From the NCBI GenBank assembly GCA_028534125.1, contig CM052832.1:15440001-15504000 (forward strand): DNA of 64,000 bases, in the 5' to 3' direction. The translations under genes and the position numbers were made by a program. The notes beneath the pieces were generated by a model that was not told where the DNA came from, ran no database searches, and worked only from the letters and a program-made list of their open reading frames with translations. Numbering within the stretch: the first letter of the stretch is position 1; every line of letters begins with the position of its first letter. This stretch comes from Lama glama (taxonomy: Eukaryota). Below, in pieces: positions 1 through 11,886 of this stretch.

Positions 1-248
1 GAGAGGAAGGTGACCAAGACACGGCTCCCACCTTTAAGGAGCTCAGCCAGGCCAAAAACCCCAGACGTGCATCTCAAGCTGCCCCCGTGCTGTGAACTGC
101 TCCATCCTGGTTTACCCTCAGTGCCCAGAGTGTGGCCAAGGTAGCCCGCCTGCTCAATGCCCAGATCAGGTGGCCCTCTGGTCCCCAGGAAGCCCCTCAA
201 GCCTCCTCCCTGCTCCCTGAGGGCCAGGTGCTCTGGCGGGGGCAGCAC

Positions 249-414
249 CTGCTTGAAGGTGTGCATGGCCTCCTGGCGCTGGCTGAAGTGCTTGAAGAGC
301 AGCTGCAGGGCCCCCGAGACCAGTGGCGCGTAGTCGTGCATGGTGAGGTGGATGAGCACGCGCAGGAACATGCGGCCACCCTCATCGTCCACCTCCAGCA
401 TGCTGCTCGTCTTC
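249..414 (-). CDS. ITPR3: ITPR3 exon 25 (166 bp; [55 protein letters not shown])
   Basis: CAG| acceptor, CAG|GTGCT donor. Confidence 0.98.
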
Positions 415-534
415 CTGCAGCAGGGAGCGGGCACGGTTGGCACCTCCTTTCTACCCCAGGGGGCCAGCAGGCTCCCTACCACCCACTTAGCAGTGACAGC
501 ACTCAGCATAACACTGTGTAAAAGCACTGACTTT

Positions 535-620
535 GGGGGAGGGTATAGCTCAGTGGTAGAGCATGTACTTAGCACGCACAAGGGCCTGGGTTCAATCCTC
601 AGCACCTCCATTAAAAACAA
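535..620 (+). mobile_element. tRNA-derived SINE (camelid Vic-1-like)
   Basis: GGGGAGGGTATAGCTCAGTGGTAGAG (A box)...GGTTCAATCC (B box)...A-rich tail. Confidence 0.88.
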
Positions 621-1630
621 AATACTGATATTTCCTCATCAGTTTGTAAACAGCAACTGCCCTGAGCACCCCAAATGATTCCCATGTCCACTGAGGTCCC
701 GCAGGACCCCCCTTGATTAAGAAACCAAAGCAAGAAATCTTCACAGGGGACCCGCAGACACCCCCAAGGGATTCACAGATAGAATCTGGGGTCGTGAATG
801 GAGGTGGAGAAAAAAACTGTATTTTTACCCACCTCTCACCAGGATGTAGCATTTCCTTCAGTGAGAAAAAATTTAGTAGTACCTGTGACTTTGTCACCGA
901 TAAAAATCACAGATGTTTGCACATCACCTCAGAGTTGTTACAGAAATTGCAAAATATCGTTTATATTCATCACGACTTTGAAGTAATGGTACTAATTACA
1001 CCCCAGGCACAGCCTGTTATTTAACGTATTAACAAAGAGGCACATATATAACTGTCACTTCAAATTTGTTTTCTTCAATATTTTGATAACTGCATCTCAG
1101 TGCCATTAGTTTCCTTTCTAATTGTATGTTCATTATTTTATAAATTTAAAAACACCATTCCCAGGAGAGGTCCAAAGGCTTCACCAGATGCCAAGGGCAT
1201 GGCACAGAAATAGTTAAGAGCCCCCAACTCCTGAGGTGACTCCCCCTCAATTCTAGCCCCCTGTAGAGCAGGCTGCCCTCCCTGTTGTAAGACACAGGGA
1301 CGTTCCTCTCCCTCCAGCTACCCTGCCCAAGTCCTGACACTCAAACAGAGGCACGATCGCCCTGAGTGGAGGCAGGGGGATGACCAAGATCACACTGGGG
1401 CCCAAGTAGCCCCTATATTACTGGGGTCCAGGCAGGCAAAGGAGGATCAGAGCACAAAGCCAGGGGACCCCCACCCTGGAGCCTGGTAAGGGTCTCCAGG
1501 GGCAATGACCAAAGAGGGAGGGACCAGCCCCCAGCCTCAGGAAATCCAGACCAACCTTAGAGGGGGTCTACAAGCCTGCATCACCCACCCAACCCCATCC
1601 ATAACCCCCCACCATCAACCTTGTCCTCAC

Positions 1631-1688
1631 CCTACTCCAAACATGGCCTCCGCCTGCTCCCCGATGCGATCCAGGTTCATGTTGGCAG
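1631..1688 (-). CDS. ITPR3: ITPR3 exon 24 (58 bp; TANMNLDRIGEQAEAMFGVG)
   Basis: CAG| acceptor, GG|GTGAG donor. Confidence 0.97.
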
Positions 1689-2197
1689 CTGTGGGGAGCA
1701 AGGGAGGGGCAGGTGGCAGCTCCATGTGCAGGAAAGATGGGAGCACAGGGGAGAGGAAGCAAGGAGAAGCCCAAGCCACTCCCTTCCCCATGCTGGCCAG
1801 GTGGCAGCCCCGTTGCCTGCCTTTTCCAGGGGCAGAGGTGGAACCAACCAGGACAGGGACCGGAACAGCCCCACTGCCCTGCAGGGGCGAGCAGAGTTCT
1901 GAGCTGAGGGTGCTGGTCTGGCTTAGCCTCTGGCTGTGATCTCAGTCAAGTCCCTGCCCCTCGATGGGCCTGCTGTTTCCCCATTTAGGAAATGGAGGGG
2001 TTGACCCCCACCCTTCCCCCCTCACTGGGGCAATTAAATGAGATAATGGAGAGGAAAGGTCCTTGCAGATTGGGAAATGGACAGGGCTGGGGAGCTGGCC
2101 GGGGGTGACCCCAGGTGGCAGCTCACTGCTGTGGACCCCTGGGCGAGTCACACAGCCTCAGCCTGAAGACAAGTTGAAGGCAGGGGTGGGGGCTCAC

Positions 2198-2327
2198 TGG
2201 TGGAGTCGAAGGCAGGGGCCGTGCCATCGGCCCCGCTGTCCTGCATGGGAAACACCTCCACAAACTCCTTCTTGAAGACAGACAACAGGTAGGAGATGCG
2301 GTAATCCAGGCGGACATTGAGGATGAA
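2198..2327 (-). CDS. ITPR3: ITPR3 exon 23 (130 bp; FILNVRLDYRISYLLSVFKKEFVEVFPMQDSGADGTAPAFDST)
   Basis: AG/GT boundaries, in frame. Confidence 0.98.
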
Positions 2328-3189
2328 CTGGAGAAGAGGGAGAGGATGGGGTGAGGGCCGGTCTGAAATCAGGAGGCCAGTCCTTCTCCAGGAGGGGTGA
2401 GGGGCTACCCTAAACGAGCTCTGGCCCTCAGGGAACTCAGCACAGATGTTCAGGGATGCTGGGGGACATCACAACCAAACACATCAAGACTCTCCCCAGG
2501 GGGGTCCCGAGTGCCCTCCACCCAGCTCCTGCCCCAGCCATGGGATGGCACTTCCTCTCAGAATGAGACAGAGACCCACTCCCAGCCCACTCAGTCCCGC
2601 TTGCCCAGCTGGACACTAACAGGAAAGGGAAGGAAGCACCCCAGGTGCAAAGGCCAACTCTTTTCTCCTATCCTGCGCTGCCAAAAAGACGCTGGGGCTC
2701 CCAGGGGGCAGGAGGGAACCAAGGACTGTTGGGGAGCAGGAGAGGCCTCCATGAGGTAGGGGGTGAGGACACAGGGTTTGCAGGTACCACTGAATGGCCT
2801 CTATCCTCTCCTCGAATGGGGTACAGAGCCCCTGGCCACACCCAGGACTCAGATCTAGAAAGCCCCAGAATGAGTCAGAAGCCCCCTCTTCTGACTCCCT
2901 TGACCAGTCCCTGACCAGACTGGCTGCCCATGGAGGTCACTGTATTACCTTTCCTGTCCCCTGGTGGCAGGACAGCAAAAGCCAGGGTCCTTATCCCTCC
3001 TCTGGACATTAGCAGCCCCTTCCCCAAGTGTTGCAGGGGAGTCTTAACCCCAAGAGGGATGACTGTGTCCACCCCACTAGGAAATGGGCTCTCAAATCTC
3101 TAGCTCTGCTTCAAAATCTGTATGATCATGGGCGAGTCCCCTCCCCCACTTCCCTTTCCTCATCTGTACAATATGGGGATGGAGCTAGA

Positions 3190-3345
3190 CTTCAGCGCAC
3201 AACAGAATCACTGGGAGGGCTTGTCACAGCACAGACTATAGGCCCCACCTCCAGCGTTTCTGATCCTTAAGTCTCAGGCAGGGCCAAAGAACCTCCATTT
3301 CTAAGTTCCCAGGTGAGGCTGAAGACCACATTTGAAAACCAGTGG
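3190..3345. mobile_element. MER5-like hAT DNA transposon remnant
   Basis: CAGAATCACTGGGAGGGCTTG..GACCACATTTGAAAACCAGTG. Confidence 0.6.
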
Positions 3346-3484
3346 GCAAGACAGAGCTCATTGTGGGGCCTCTCCATACCAGATACTGTGACCTGAGTGG
3401 GTTTCACCCTGCTTAACTTTCCTGAACCAGCCTCCACCCTCCTGCTGTTCCCAGAACCTCCCACCATGCTGCTGGCCCGGCCAC

Positions 3485-3684
3485 CTGCAAAATTTCCAGA
3501 ATCTTCAGTTTGGTCTCCATCACCACAATGTCTTCATTCTCCTCGAACTTGCTTCTGTCCAGTGACTCAGGGGCACTTGCGCCAGCAGACAGGCTGGGGG
3601 CTCCAAAGACAGACTGCTTGCGGCTCAGCACCATGGTGGACATCATGTGCCCCATGCCCTGGATGGACCGCCGCACGTTCTTGC
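3485..3684 (-). CDS. ITPR3: ITPR3 exon 22 (200 bp; GKNVRRSIQGMGHMMSTMVLSRKQSVF...KILEILQ), with PKA sites S916 and S934
   Basis: AG/GT boundaries; RRS and RKQS motifs fall at residues 916 and 934 when a 142-bp exon 14 is assumed. Confidence 0.98.
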
Positions 3685-4398
3685 CTACAGAGTGGGGAGA
3701 AGGGGGTCACAGAGGGTGCACAGCAGCAGCACCCAGACTATCTCCATCAGCTGCATAGCAAAGGGGCAAGGAAGGGGCAAGGCTAACTCAGGAAGGCCTC
3801 CTGGGGGAGGTGTGCCTTAAGCCAAATCTGGGAAAAAAGGGAGGGCCAGGGCAAAGGTGAACTGTGTGGGAAGATCAGTGAGGATTCTCCTGTGCAAGTC
3901 ACGAGAGCTGCTGCAGAGCATAGGGGCCAAGGGGACACTGTGTGCAGAGCACTAAAAACCACTTTTATGCACTTTTGTCTAGATGAGTTTATGCTGCCAG
4001 CGGGTGTCCATGAGGGCAGGACTGTGACTCATCCCCTCAGACTGCCCCTTTCTCCTCACACTGACACAGCAGGGCTGTGTTTCCTCTCAGATGGTTGTTC
4101 TTTGACAGCAGGGTGTGTCTCCAGATCTGGCCGGGAGCTTCCCAAGCAGAGCCTCATTATCTCCCTCCGGACCAGGCTGTGCTGGAAGGCAACTTGCCCA
4201 GGCCACCTGAGCAGGGGACTACTCTGGTCCAGCCAAGACTGGAGGGGACTGGGGTCCAAGACGCCCCTGCTGCAGCAGAACCAGGAGGCAGGCAGCATGG
4301 GAAGGTTGATCAGAGAGGACTTCCGGTGCTAAGATAAGACTGAGGACCGCTACAGTGGGTGGTGGGTGGTGGATGGCCGGGGTGGAGCAAAGCCTCAC

Positions 4399-4540
4399 CG
4401 CCTGAGTCCTCGTAGGCCTGCAGCATGGCTGGGGGGGCTTGCACGCAGTCAATGATGCCCAGCAGTGTGCGTGTGAGCCGCAGCAGCTCGCTGAAGCTGT
4501 AGAAGCCAAAGTAGATGAGATTGTGCGCCAGGCTGACCAC
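4399..4540 (-). CDS. ITPR3: ITPR3 exon 21 (142 bp; [47 protein letters not shown])
   Basis: AG/GT boundaries, in frame. Confidence 0.98.
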
Positions 4541-5064
4541 CTGCAGAAAGGGGGCGGGGCCGAAGTGAGTGTGGGCAGGGCCAAAGCGTGGTGGGTGGGG
4601 TTTGTGAAGGGCGCAGTCTTGTGGAGGGCGTGTCTCTGTGGGGTCAGGCCAGCCACGGAAACCAGGCAAAGCGGGTGTAAAGAGGAATAAATTCCTTGGG
4701 AAAGGCTTTAGGATGTCCAGGCTGTGTGGACATGGAACCAAGGATCCCAGTCAGGAGTAGTCTGACCCCAGTGGGTTACTGAAGAAGACAGGCCTGCAGA
4801 GGAGGCTACTATGAGGAGGATAGGGCAGAAATGCAGGAAGTAGGGGGTGGCTCCTGCCAAGGGCCTGCGATCCAGCCCTGGGCTGACAGGCTGAGTGGAC
4901 AAAGGGGAGGCAGCCCTCACCCAAGCATCAATGAGAGGAGTCTCCATCTTGGAGAGTCCCAGTGGTCTATGGGGTCTCCCTGCACTGGCGGGCGACACTG
5001 AGGGAAGCAAGTGACGCAGGCCCGAGAAGAGAGCAAGCCAGCGCCTCACTGAGCCCTAGCCCAC

Positions 5065-5209
5065 CTCGAAGGTGAGCTTGTTCTTTTCCTCGTTGGCAAA
5101 GGGCACGGCCTCGCTGACCACGTTGTTGAGGTAGTCCTCCACAAACTCCATGGTGCTGGCAAACTTGTTCTTCTTGTCGTCTCGGGAGGCGTTGAGGTTG
5201 GAATCATAG
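5065..5209 (-). CDS. ITPR3: ITPR3 exon 20 (145 bp; YDSNLNASRDDKKNKFASTMEFVEDYLNNVVSEAVPFANEEKNKLTFE)
   Basis: AG/GT boundaries, in frame. Confidence 0.98.
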
Positions 5210-5294
5210 CTAGAGATGAAGGCAGTGGGGGGTGAGGGTCCCTGAGATTCTCCCTCCCTCCCGCCTTGCCCTGCTCACCCTCCTCCCATCTCAC

Positions 5295-5546
5295 TCCTTG
5301 ATGGTGATGGCCGTGGGGATCTCAGTCCAGAGGCGGGCGAACTTGACGGGTGTGACCAGCTCCTGGGGGTCGCGGTCCACGTGCACATGCAACATCAGGT
5401 GGCAGAAGGAGGCGCGCAGGTCAAAAGGCAGCATCTCGTCGGCCATGCACAGGAAGATCAGGTCTACGCCCAGCTGCTGGGAGATCTCATCAATGGCCAG
5501 GTACTGCCGGTCCAGGCACATGCGGGCAAAGAGCTTCAGCTGGTAC
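5295..5546 (-). CDS. ITPR3: ITPR3 exon 19 (252 bp; [20 protein letters not shown]...[10 protein letters not shown])
   Basis: TAG| acceptor, GA|GTGAG donor. Confidence 0.98.
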
Positions 5547-6507
5547 CTACAGGGCAGGGAGGAGGTTGAGAACATGATAGGTGGGCTCACGAGGGCTGCC
5601 AGCACAGGTTCGAGGATGTGGCAAGGGACTTAGGTTAAACTGTGCACCAGCCACTGAACACAAAACAAAGGATGCGATTCTGAATAAGACAAGTGAACAG
5701 AAACCCAGTCTGGAATTATGAGTGATGGCAGCTCTCCCCCATCTTGCTGAGGAGGGTGCTTTATGACTCAGTCAGAACAGGTCTTCATGGCAAGAGGGAT
5801 GGTTGGGAGGGGAAGGGCGGGGGAAGAGTTTGGTTAGAGGAACCCTCCTGGGGTAGGGGATTGAGGGTAAGACTGGGAGAGAGAAGAGAGGAGGGGTGAG
5901 CGCCTGGGAAAAGGTGCAGGAAGCTCGATGGTAGAGCTACAGAAATGAGAGCTGCAGGAAGCTTTGTTCTGCATGGGGTCATGCCCTCTGTGTCCCCCTC
6001 AGAGTCCTTGCATTACCTACCATGGGCTCCAGGGCCAGCGGCCTGGGTTTGGACTGTGGCTCCAGACTTACAGCCATGTAACCTTGGACAAGTTCCTTCA
6101 CCTCTCTGCCTGTCTCCCCAACCTTACAATGAGGGTAATGACTGATAGTCCTTACTTCACAGGGCTGTCCTGAAGCTGAAATGAGTGATCAGGTAAAGTG
6201 TTTTGACCAGTGCCTGAGAGAAAGCGAGCATCTGATGAGTGTTCTCATATTCTTATTTTTTAAATATACATGTATGGAGACAAGTGTGGGTGGTCCCTCT
6301 CAGGCCTGGTCACTGTACGAGCCTGGCCTTGGCCACCCAGTGCTCCTTGGGCCTCACAGTCGCCCTTCACTTGGCCTCCCTGGTGGAGGCCGCCTGGCCG
6401 GTGAGTGGAAGTAGGAACCCCCTCGAAAATGCCAGAGCTCATCTCTGGGCAGTGCCTGGCTGAGGACCCCGAGGAGGCCACAGAGTGTGGGCAGCCCTGA
6501 AGGGCAC

Positions 6508-6690
6508 CTGTAGTAGCTGAGAACATTCTCATCATGGGCATTGCCGGCCCGCGCCTCCTGGGCCAGCTGCCTCACACTCTTCTCATGGTGTTCGTTGTTC
6601 CGGTCAGTCCAAGTCAGCCACACTTCCTCCTCTGAGTACTCGATGCTCAGGTACTCGTGGGACTGCGCCATCTCCTTCACGGGCCGAAGC
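6508..6690 (-). CDS. ITPR3: ITPR3 exon 18 (183 bp; [61 protein letters not shown])
   Basis: AG/GT boundaries, in frame. Confidence 0.98.
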
Positions 6691-7091
6691 CTGCAGACCG
6701 ATGGCACCCCCATCACTGGGAGCGGGGTCTGGGGCAGGACCCCAGGCCCAGAGCCCTTCAGGAGCATGAGCACACCCAGCCACACAGATCTCCCCTCCTG
6801 GAGCTGGGCGGGTGCCAGTCAGGCTCCCAGGCTGTCTCCCCTGCTAGGGACCAGCGAGGGACCTCAAACAGACCATGAGCTTCTGGAAGGCAGGGGCCTG
6901 GGCTCATCCCCCTTCCCCACACAGTGCCAGGCACACAGTAGGCACTGGGTACATGTCTGCAGAGAGCAGGGTTGCCAGCTCCAGCCTGAACCCAGACAGG
7001 GTCCCAGCTATAAGGTGGCTGGGGAGCTGGGCAGGGTGGAGCCCTGTGTGGGATGCTGAGCTGTGGGTGGGAGACTGTGCAGACGGCTCAC

Positions 7092-7211
7092 TCGGTCTGA
7101 ATGAGGATGTCGCTGTTCTTGGGGTCCAGCACACACTTGCAGATGAGCTCCTGGGTGACAGGGATGGCGATGTGGTTGGACACACACAGGTCGGAGAGGT
7201 AGTCCAGGAAC
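7092..7211 (-). CDS. ITPR3: ITPR3 exon 17 (120 bp; [40 protein letters not shown])
   Basis: AG/GT boundaries, in frame. Confidence 0.98.
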
Positions 7212-7707
7212 CTGGGGTGGTGACAGCAGGTGGAGGGGGAGCTCAGAGACAGCCCCCAGGGGTGGCAAAGCCCACCCTCCTGCTCCTGCAGCTGGCAGCA
7301 TCGGCTCCCTGAAACCTGGAGTTTACTGCTCCTGCTCCCTCCCTAAAGCTTAAAGATCTGGTATCGACTCCCAGATGCCCAGGGATGGACAACCTACGGG
7401 CATCACCACCACACAGCGGGGTTGGCTACATGGGAGTCCAGGGGGTCGGAGTAAAGGAGGCACAAGGACAGGAATGATATTTCAAATATTTAACTGGTTC
7501 AATGCAGGCACTGACTTCGCCGCCAGAGAAGAGTCTGGGCACCTCCTACTGTACCAGGAGTCGACCCTCCAAATTTGGGACAGGACCTAGGGAGGGGCTT
7601 GGGGTTGGCAGGACCTCAGAGAGGTGGCAGTTTACCAACAAGTGCAGAAGGATTTCAGTATTTAACAGCCAGCATGGGGACTTTCTCCCCTGGGCAGCAG
7701 TGGGAGC

Positions 7708-7757
7708 GGGGAGGGAGTGGGTGTGGTGGGGGAGGGAGTGGGTGTGGCGGGGGAGGG
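7708..7757 (+). repeat. 21-bp G-rich tandem duplication (GGGGAGGGAGTGGGTGTGGYG) beside the exon 16 donor
   Basis: Two copies plus a partial third. Confidence 0.85.
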
Positions 7758-7767
7758 GCGGGCCCAC

Positions 7768-7940
7768 CTGGGCTCCCGGTTCTTCCGCACCAGGCTGACG
7801 AAGGTCTCCACCTCCGTCTTGGTGATGTGCTTCTCCAGGAGCTTGCGGTTGTTGTGCAGCAGGGCAGTGATGGTGTCTTCAGCCAGGATGTCATAGCCAA
7901 TCTGGGACTGCATCATCCCAAACTGCTTGGCGATGTGCTC
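7768..7940 (-). CDS. ITPR3: ITPR3 exon 16 (173 bp; [58 protein letters not shown])
   Basis: AG/GT boundaries, in frame. Confidence 0.98.
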
Positions 7941-8466
7941 CTGGGGGACAGGCGGGCTGGGGGTCATGGGGAGCCTAGCTCTGCTGCAGAACACTGCCCC
8001 TGGACTCCAGACTGGGACAAGACACCGGCAGGGGACCCCGACCTGAGGAAGGTAAGGGATCCAGGAGAGGAAGCCAGCCCTGGGCAGAGGAGTGGGTTTA
8101 TGTAATAGTTACCTAGCTCACCATCTGTCTCCCACCAGAGTGAAACCTCCTTGAGCAAGGGGCCTCGGGGGCCCCAGTGAAAATGAAATAGCAGGACTCT
8201 TGTTCAAAACATGAAAAATTTTAAGACAGCAACACAGAGCATGAAACCCAGCACAAGACCCCTCAGCAGAGTCAGGCTGTTCTCTGGGAGGACGACTCTA
8301 CTGTGTGGTTCCCTACCATATCCTCAGGGCCTAAAACAGCGCCTGCCACACGGTGTGTGAGCCTCAGTAAATATCTGCTGAGTGAATGAAAGCATGAGGG
8401 AGGGAGGGAGGGAGGGAGCCGGCCAGCAGGTGAGGGGGGCACCAGGCCAGGGCAGTGGCGGCCCAC

Positions 8467-8628
8467 CTGGTTCTTGCGGTAGTCCTCCTGGGAGTGGCGC
8501 AGCACACGGTAGCACAGGCGGAACATGTGCTGGTATGGGGCGTTCTTCTGGTCCGACAGCTCCTCCAGCCGCACCAGAGGGCCCTCCCCACCCTTGTCTC
8601 GGAATGGGGCCTTCAGAATGCCAAAGAT
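8467..8628 (-). CDS. ITPR3: ITPR3 exon 15 (162 bp; [54 protein letters not shown]), includes Y567/R568/K569
   Basis: TAG|ATC acceptor, CAG|GTGGG donor. Confidence 0.98.
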
Positions 8629-9124
8629 CTAGGGGACCAGGGAGAGTGAGGAGTTATCCCAGGAATTCTAAGCCCCAAACTGACCCTGCCCCAAGGCCAC
8701 CCCCCATTAACCCCGGGGTGATACTACATTGGACCATAACCCCAGTCCTCCCCCCGACCCCCACCCCAATCAGCTCCAGTTCCAGCCCTCACTTCCCTCT
8801 CCTGTCCAGAATCCTGACACTGGCCTCAGCCTGCCCATTCCTCCCCCACGTGAATTCTAGTTGATCCTGGGCCTGGCTCAGCCTCTGGGGGAAGAGCCGA
8901 GGGTCACACAGCTCAGGGGTCTGAAGCCCAGAGAAAAGGCAGGCCAGGCCGGTGTGGCCAGAGCTTACAATGTGAGACACAGGCCTGCTTTGTCCAAAAA
9001 AAAGGTGTAATGTGGGAACTAGGTGTGGGTGAAAACTTTTTCTAGAACAGACACCAAAGAGCCAGAATCAAATGGAATGAGAAAATCTTAGCTGGATCCT
9101 GGCTCCAAAAAAAAAAAAAAAAAA

Positions 9125-9624
9125 NNNNNNNNNNNNNNNNNNNNNNNNNNNNNNNNNNNNNNNNNNNNNNNNNNNNNNNNNNNNNNNNNNNNNNNNNNNN
9201 NNNNNNNNNNNNNNNNNNNNNNNNNNNNNNNNNNNNNNNNNNNNNNNNNNNNNNNNNNNNNNNNNNNNNNNNNNNNNNNNNNNNNNNNNNNNNNNNNNNN
9301 NNNNNNNNNNNNNNNNNNNNNNNNNNNNNNNNNNNNNNNNNNNNNNNNNNNNNNNNNNNNNNNNNNNNNNNNNNNNNNNNNNNNNNNNNNNNNNNNNNNN
9401 NNNNNNNNNNNNNNNNNNNNNNNNNNNNNNNNNNNNNNNNNNNNNNNNNNNNNNNNNNNNNNNNNNNNNNNNNNNNNNNNNNNNNNNNNNNNNNNNNNNN
9501 NNNNNNNNNNNNNNNNNNNNNNNNNNNNNNNNNNNNNNNNNNNNNNNNNNNNNNNNNNNNNNNNNNNNNNNNNNNNNNNNNNNNNNNNNNNNNNNNNNNN
9601 NNNNNNNNNNNNNNNNNNNNNNNN
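9125..9624. other. Assembly gap (500 N) inferred to contain ITPR3 exon 14
   Basis: Run of N. Exon 13 ends in phase 2 but exon 15 starts in phase 0, and the FVIQLLEDL...REQNILKQ segment is not found in the flanks. Confidence 0.93.
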
Positions 9625-10020
9625 CCACCCACCCTGGATTCCAAAGTGCCCCCTAGAGAAAGAATCTAGGAAATTCCTATCTGGTAAGGAACACAGGGCA
9701 CCGGTAGGGTGTTTAGTGTGAAGGGCTCTGCATGTCCATCCTGACTGTCATTTACTAGCTGTGTGACCTTGGTTAAGTCTCTTAACCTCTCTGAGCTTCA
9801 GTCCCATCATCAGTAAAACAGGGGTAAAGATGGCTCGGTCACAGGGTGAGTTCTTGGAGTATGTGAGCAGTGAGGCTAGGGCCCAAGGTCAGCCAGAGCC
9901 CGACAGGGACCAGTCACCAGCTCTGTCTCCCCTGCCCAGCGTCTGCTCTGTGACCCCTTTTCTGTGAAACACAAACCCAGCAGGTCAAGACCTCTCTGGA
10001 ACCCTGCTCCTGCAGCCCAC

Positions 10021-10181
10021 CTGCGGTCATTCTGGCTGATGAAGCCCTCATTGAGTTTCTCCACGGCGCTGGCCAGCATGGAGCTGGCATCATTGGCAAA
10101 GTCCAGGTCTCGGATCTCGGACACAGGAACTGACACGATGGCAAAGGCCTCCTTGTCCTCCTTGGTGGGGCAGGTGCCCAG
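10021..10181 (-). CDS. ITPR3: ITPR3 exon 13 (161 bp; [54 protein letters not shown])
   Basis: AG/GT boundaries; ends in phase 2. Confidence 0.98.
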
Positions 10182-10270
10182 CTGCAGGGAAAGAGGTCAG
10201 CAGGGCACTCAGAGACCAGCTTAAGCCCAAGTCCAAGCCCAGCCCGCAGCCTGGCCCCCCAGCCCCGCAC

Positions 10271-10370
10271 CATGAGCCGGATGGGCCGCTCCTCGTCGAC
10301 GTCAATGGGCACATTGGTGCTCTGGATCCACGTGTTGGTGCAGAGGTGCCGTAGCCGGACGTACGAGTTC
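10271..10370 (-). CDS. ITPR3: ITPR3 exon 12 (100 bp; [33 protein letters not shown])
   Basis: AG/GT boundaries, in frame. Confidence 0.98.
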
Positions 10371-11021
10371 CTGCAGGCAGGAGGGGGGCAGAGCCCAGTG
10401 GAACGTGCCCCAGTGGTCTGCCCACTTGCCCCCCAGCGGCTTCCCGTCTTCCACCTAACTCCACACTACACACCCAGCAGCCGCGGGACGGGGCACCGGT
10501 CCCTCCAGGTGAGGAGCCCGAGCCAGATTAGAGAGACCAGCAGCACGGCTCCCAGGCCCTGTGCCAACTGCCGCACTCGCCCAGGCCCACATGCCTCACC
10601 TGCTCGCCCCAAACCCAACTGCTCCAAAAGCCCAGGCTGGTTTGCAAGCTTGGGACCAAAATTCATTTGGACAAATGAGGCGACTTAAACTATTTATCCC
10701 ATTTAGTGTCAACACGCATACATTTCACAGCAGAAACACTCATGTTTTTCATTATGAAATATAATTACCTTTCAGAAATGAAAAACAATCTGAATCTCCA
10801 AATATATCTGGCCCCAAGAGTCTCAGATATGGGATTGTGGGCCTACAATGACTCAATTAATTCCATCAGCCCTGCTGATGGGTAACTTGATATTCCCACT
10901 TTACAGGTGAGGAAGTTGCAGCCAAGTGACTGAGTCAGCTGCCTGAGGTCAGACAGCTTGTCTAGACTAAAGCCTGACTGACACTCGGGAAGTTTCTTGA
11001 TGCTACGTTTTAGAATCTCAG

Positions 11022-11185
11022 CAGGGAAGAGGGTATAGCTCATTGATAAAAGTACATGCTTGGCATGCATAAGGTCCTGGGTTCAATCCCCAGGGCCTCC
11101 ATTAAAAATAAGTAAACCTAATTATCGCCCCCCCCCAAAATAGAATTGAGCTATTTCAGTTTAAAAAAAATAATTGTTTTAAAAA
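11022..11185 (+). mobile_element. tRNA-derived SINE (Vic-1-like) with 10-bp TSD
   Basis: A/B boxes; TSD AGAATCTCAG at 11012-11021 and 11186-11195. Confidence 0.9.
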
Positions 11186-11549
11186 AGAATCTCAGGGCTA
11201 GGGGGGTCTTGAAGGTGAGGGAGTCCAGCCCCTGCACCCAGTGTGCCCCGGACAAACTCCACAGCCTGAGCCCCAGGCCAACTGGCCGTACAGAATGCTG
11301 GAGAGAAGGCATCCAGAGACGAGCTAGCACAAGGCGGCATCCCGTGTGCAGGACCCAGGGCAGGGCACACGGCAAGTGCTCATCTGACTCCAGGCCTCAG
11401 AGCTGGATCCCCAGAGGGGCAGGTCATGCAGGCCCTGAGGCCAGGGGACCTCAGGAGGACAGAGGAGTGAGGGGCACGGGGAGTCCAGGGACAGGACGGG
11501 CGAGCCTGGGCACCCCCGCCCAGCCCCCAGGCACGTGGCGCCTACCTAC

Positions 11550-11692
11550 CTTGGCACGAAGGAGTCAGTTTTCTGCAGCGTGGTGGGGTCCAGCTCAAAG
11601 AGGGAAGCGATGTCGTTGCCATGGGGCACAGCCACCAAGCGGTACTTAATCTTCTCCCCAGCGTTCCGACGACCTGCACGGCCCTGGGCACC
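11550..11692 (-). CDS. ITPR3: ITPR3 exon 11 (143 bp; [48 protein letters not shown])
   Basis: CAG|GGT acceptor, AG|GTAGG donor. Confidence 0.97.
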
Positions 11693-11886
11693 CTGGGGTG
11701 AGGACCCCAACTCAGGTTAGGAGCCCCTCCCTCCTCTCAGGCTCCCTGAATCCCAGGATCCCATCTGAGAGGCCTTCGCCCTCCAGCCTACCTCCCAGGG
11801 TTTCACAGGCCCCCCTACCCCAGCCCGCCCCAGAGCTGTGCATGTTCACTCTTCCCCCAGCCCTGGAACCATCCTTTGGTCCTCAC

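Noticed and set aside
9042..9644. Long X-filled ORFs here and at 53063-53852
   Set aside because: Artefacts of translating N gaps.
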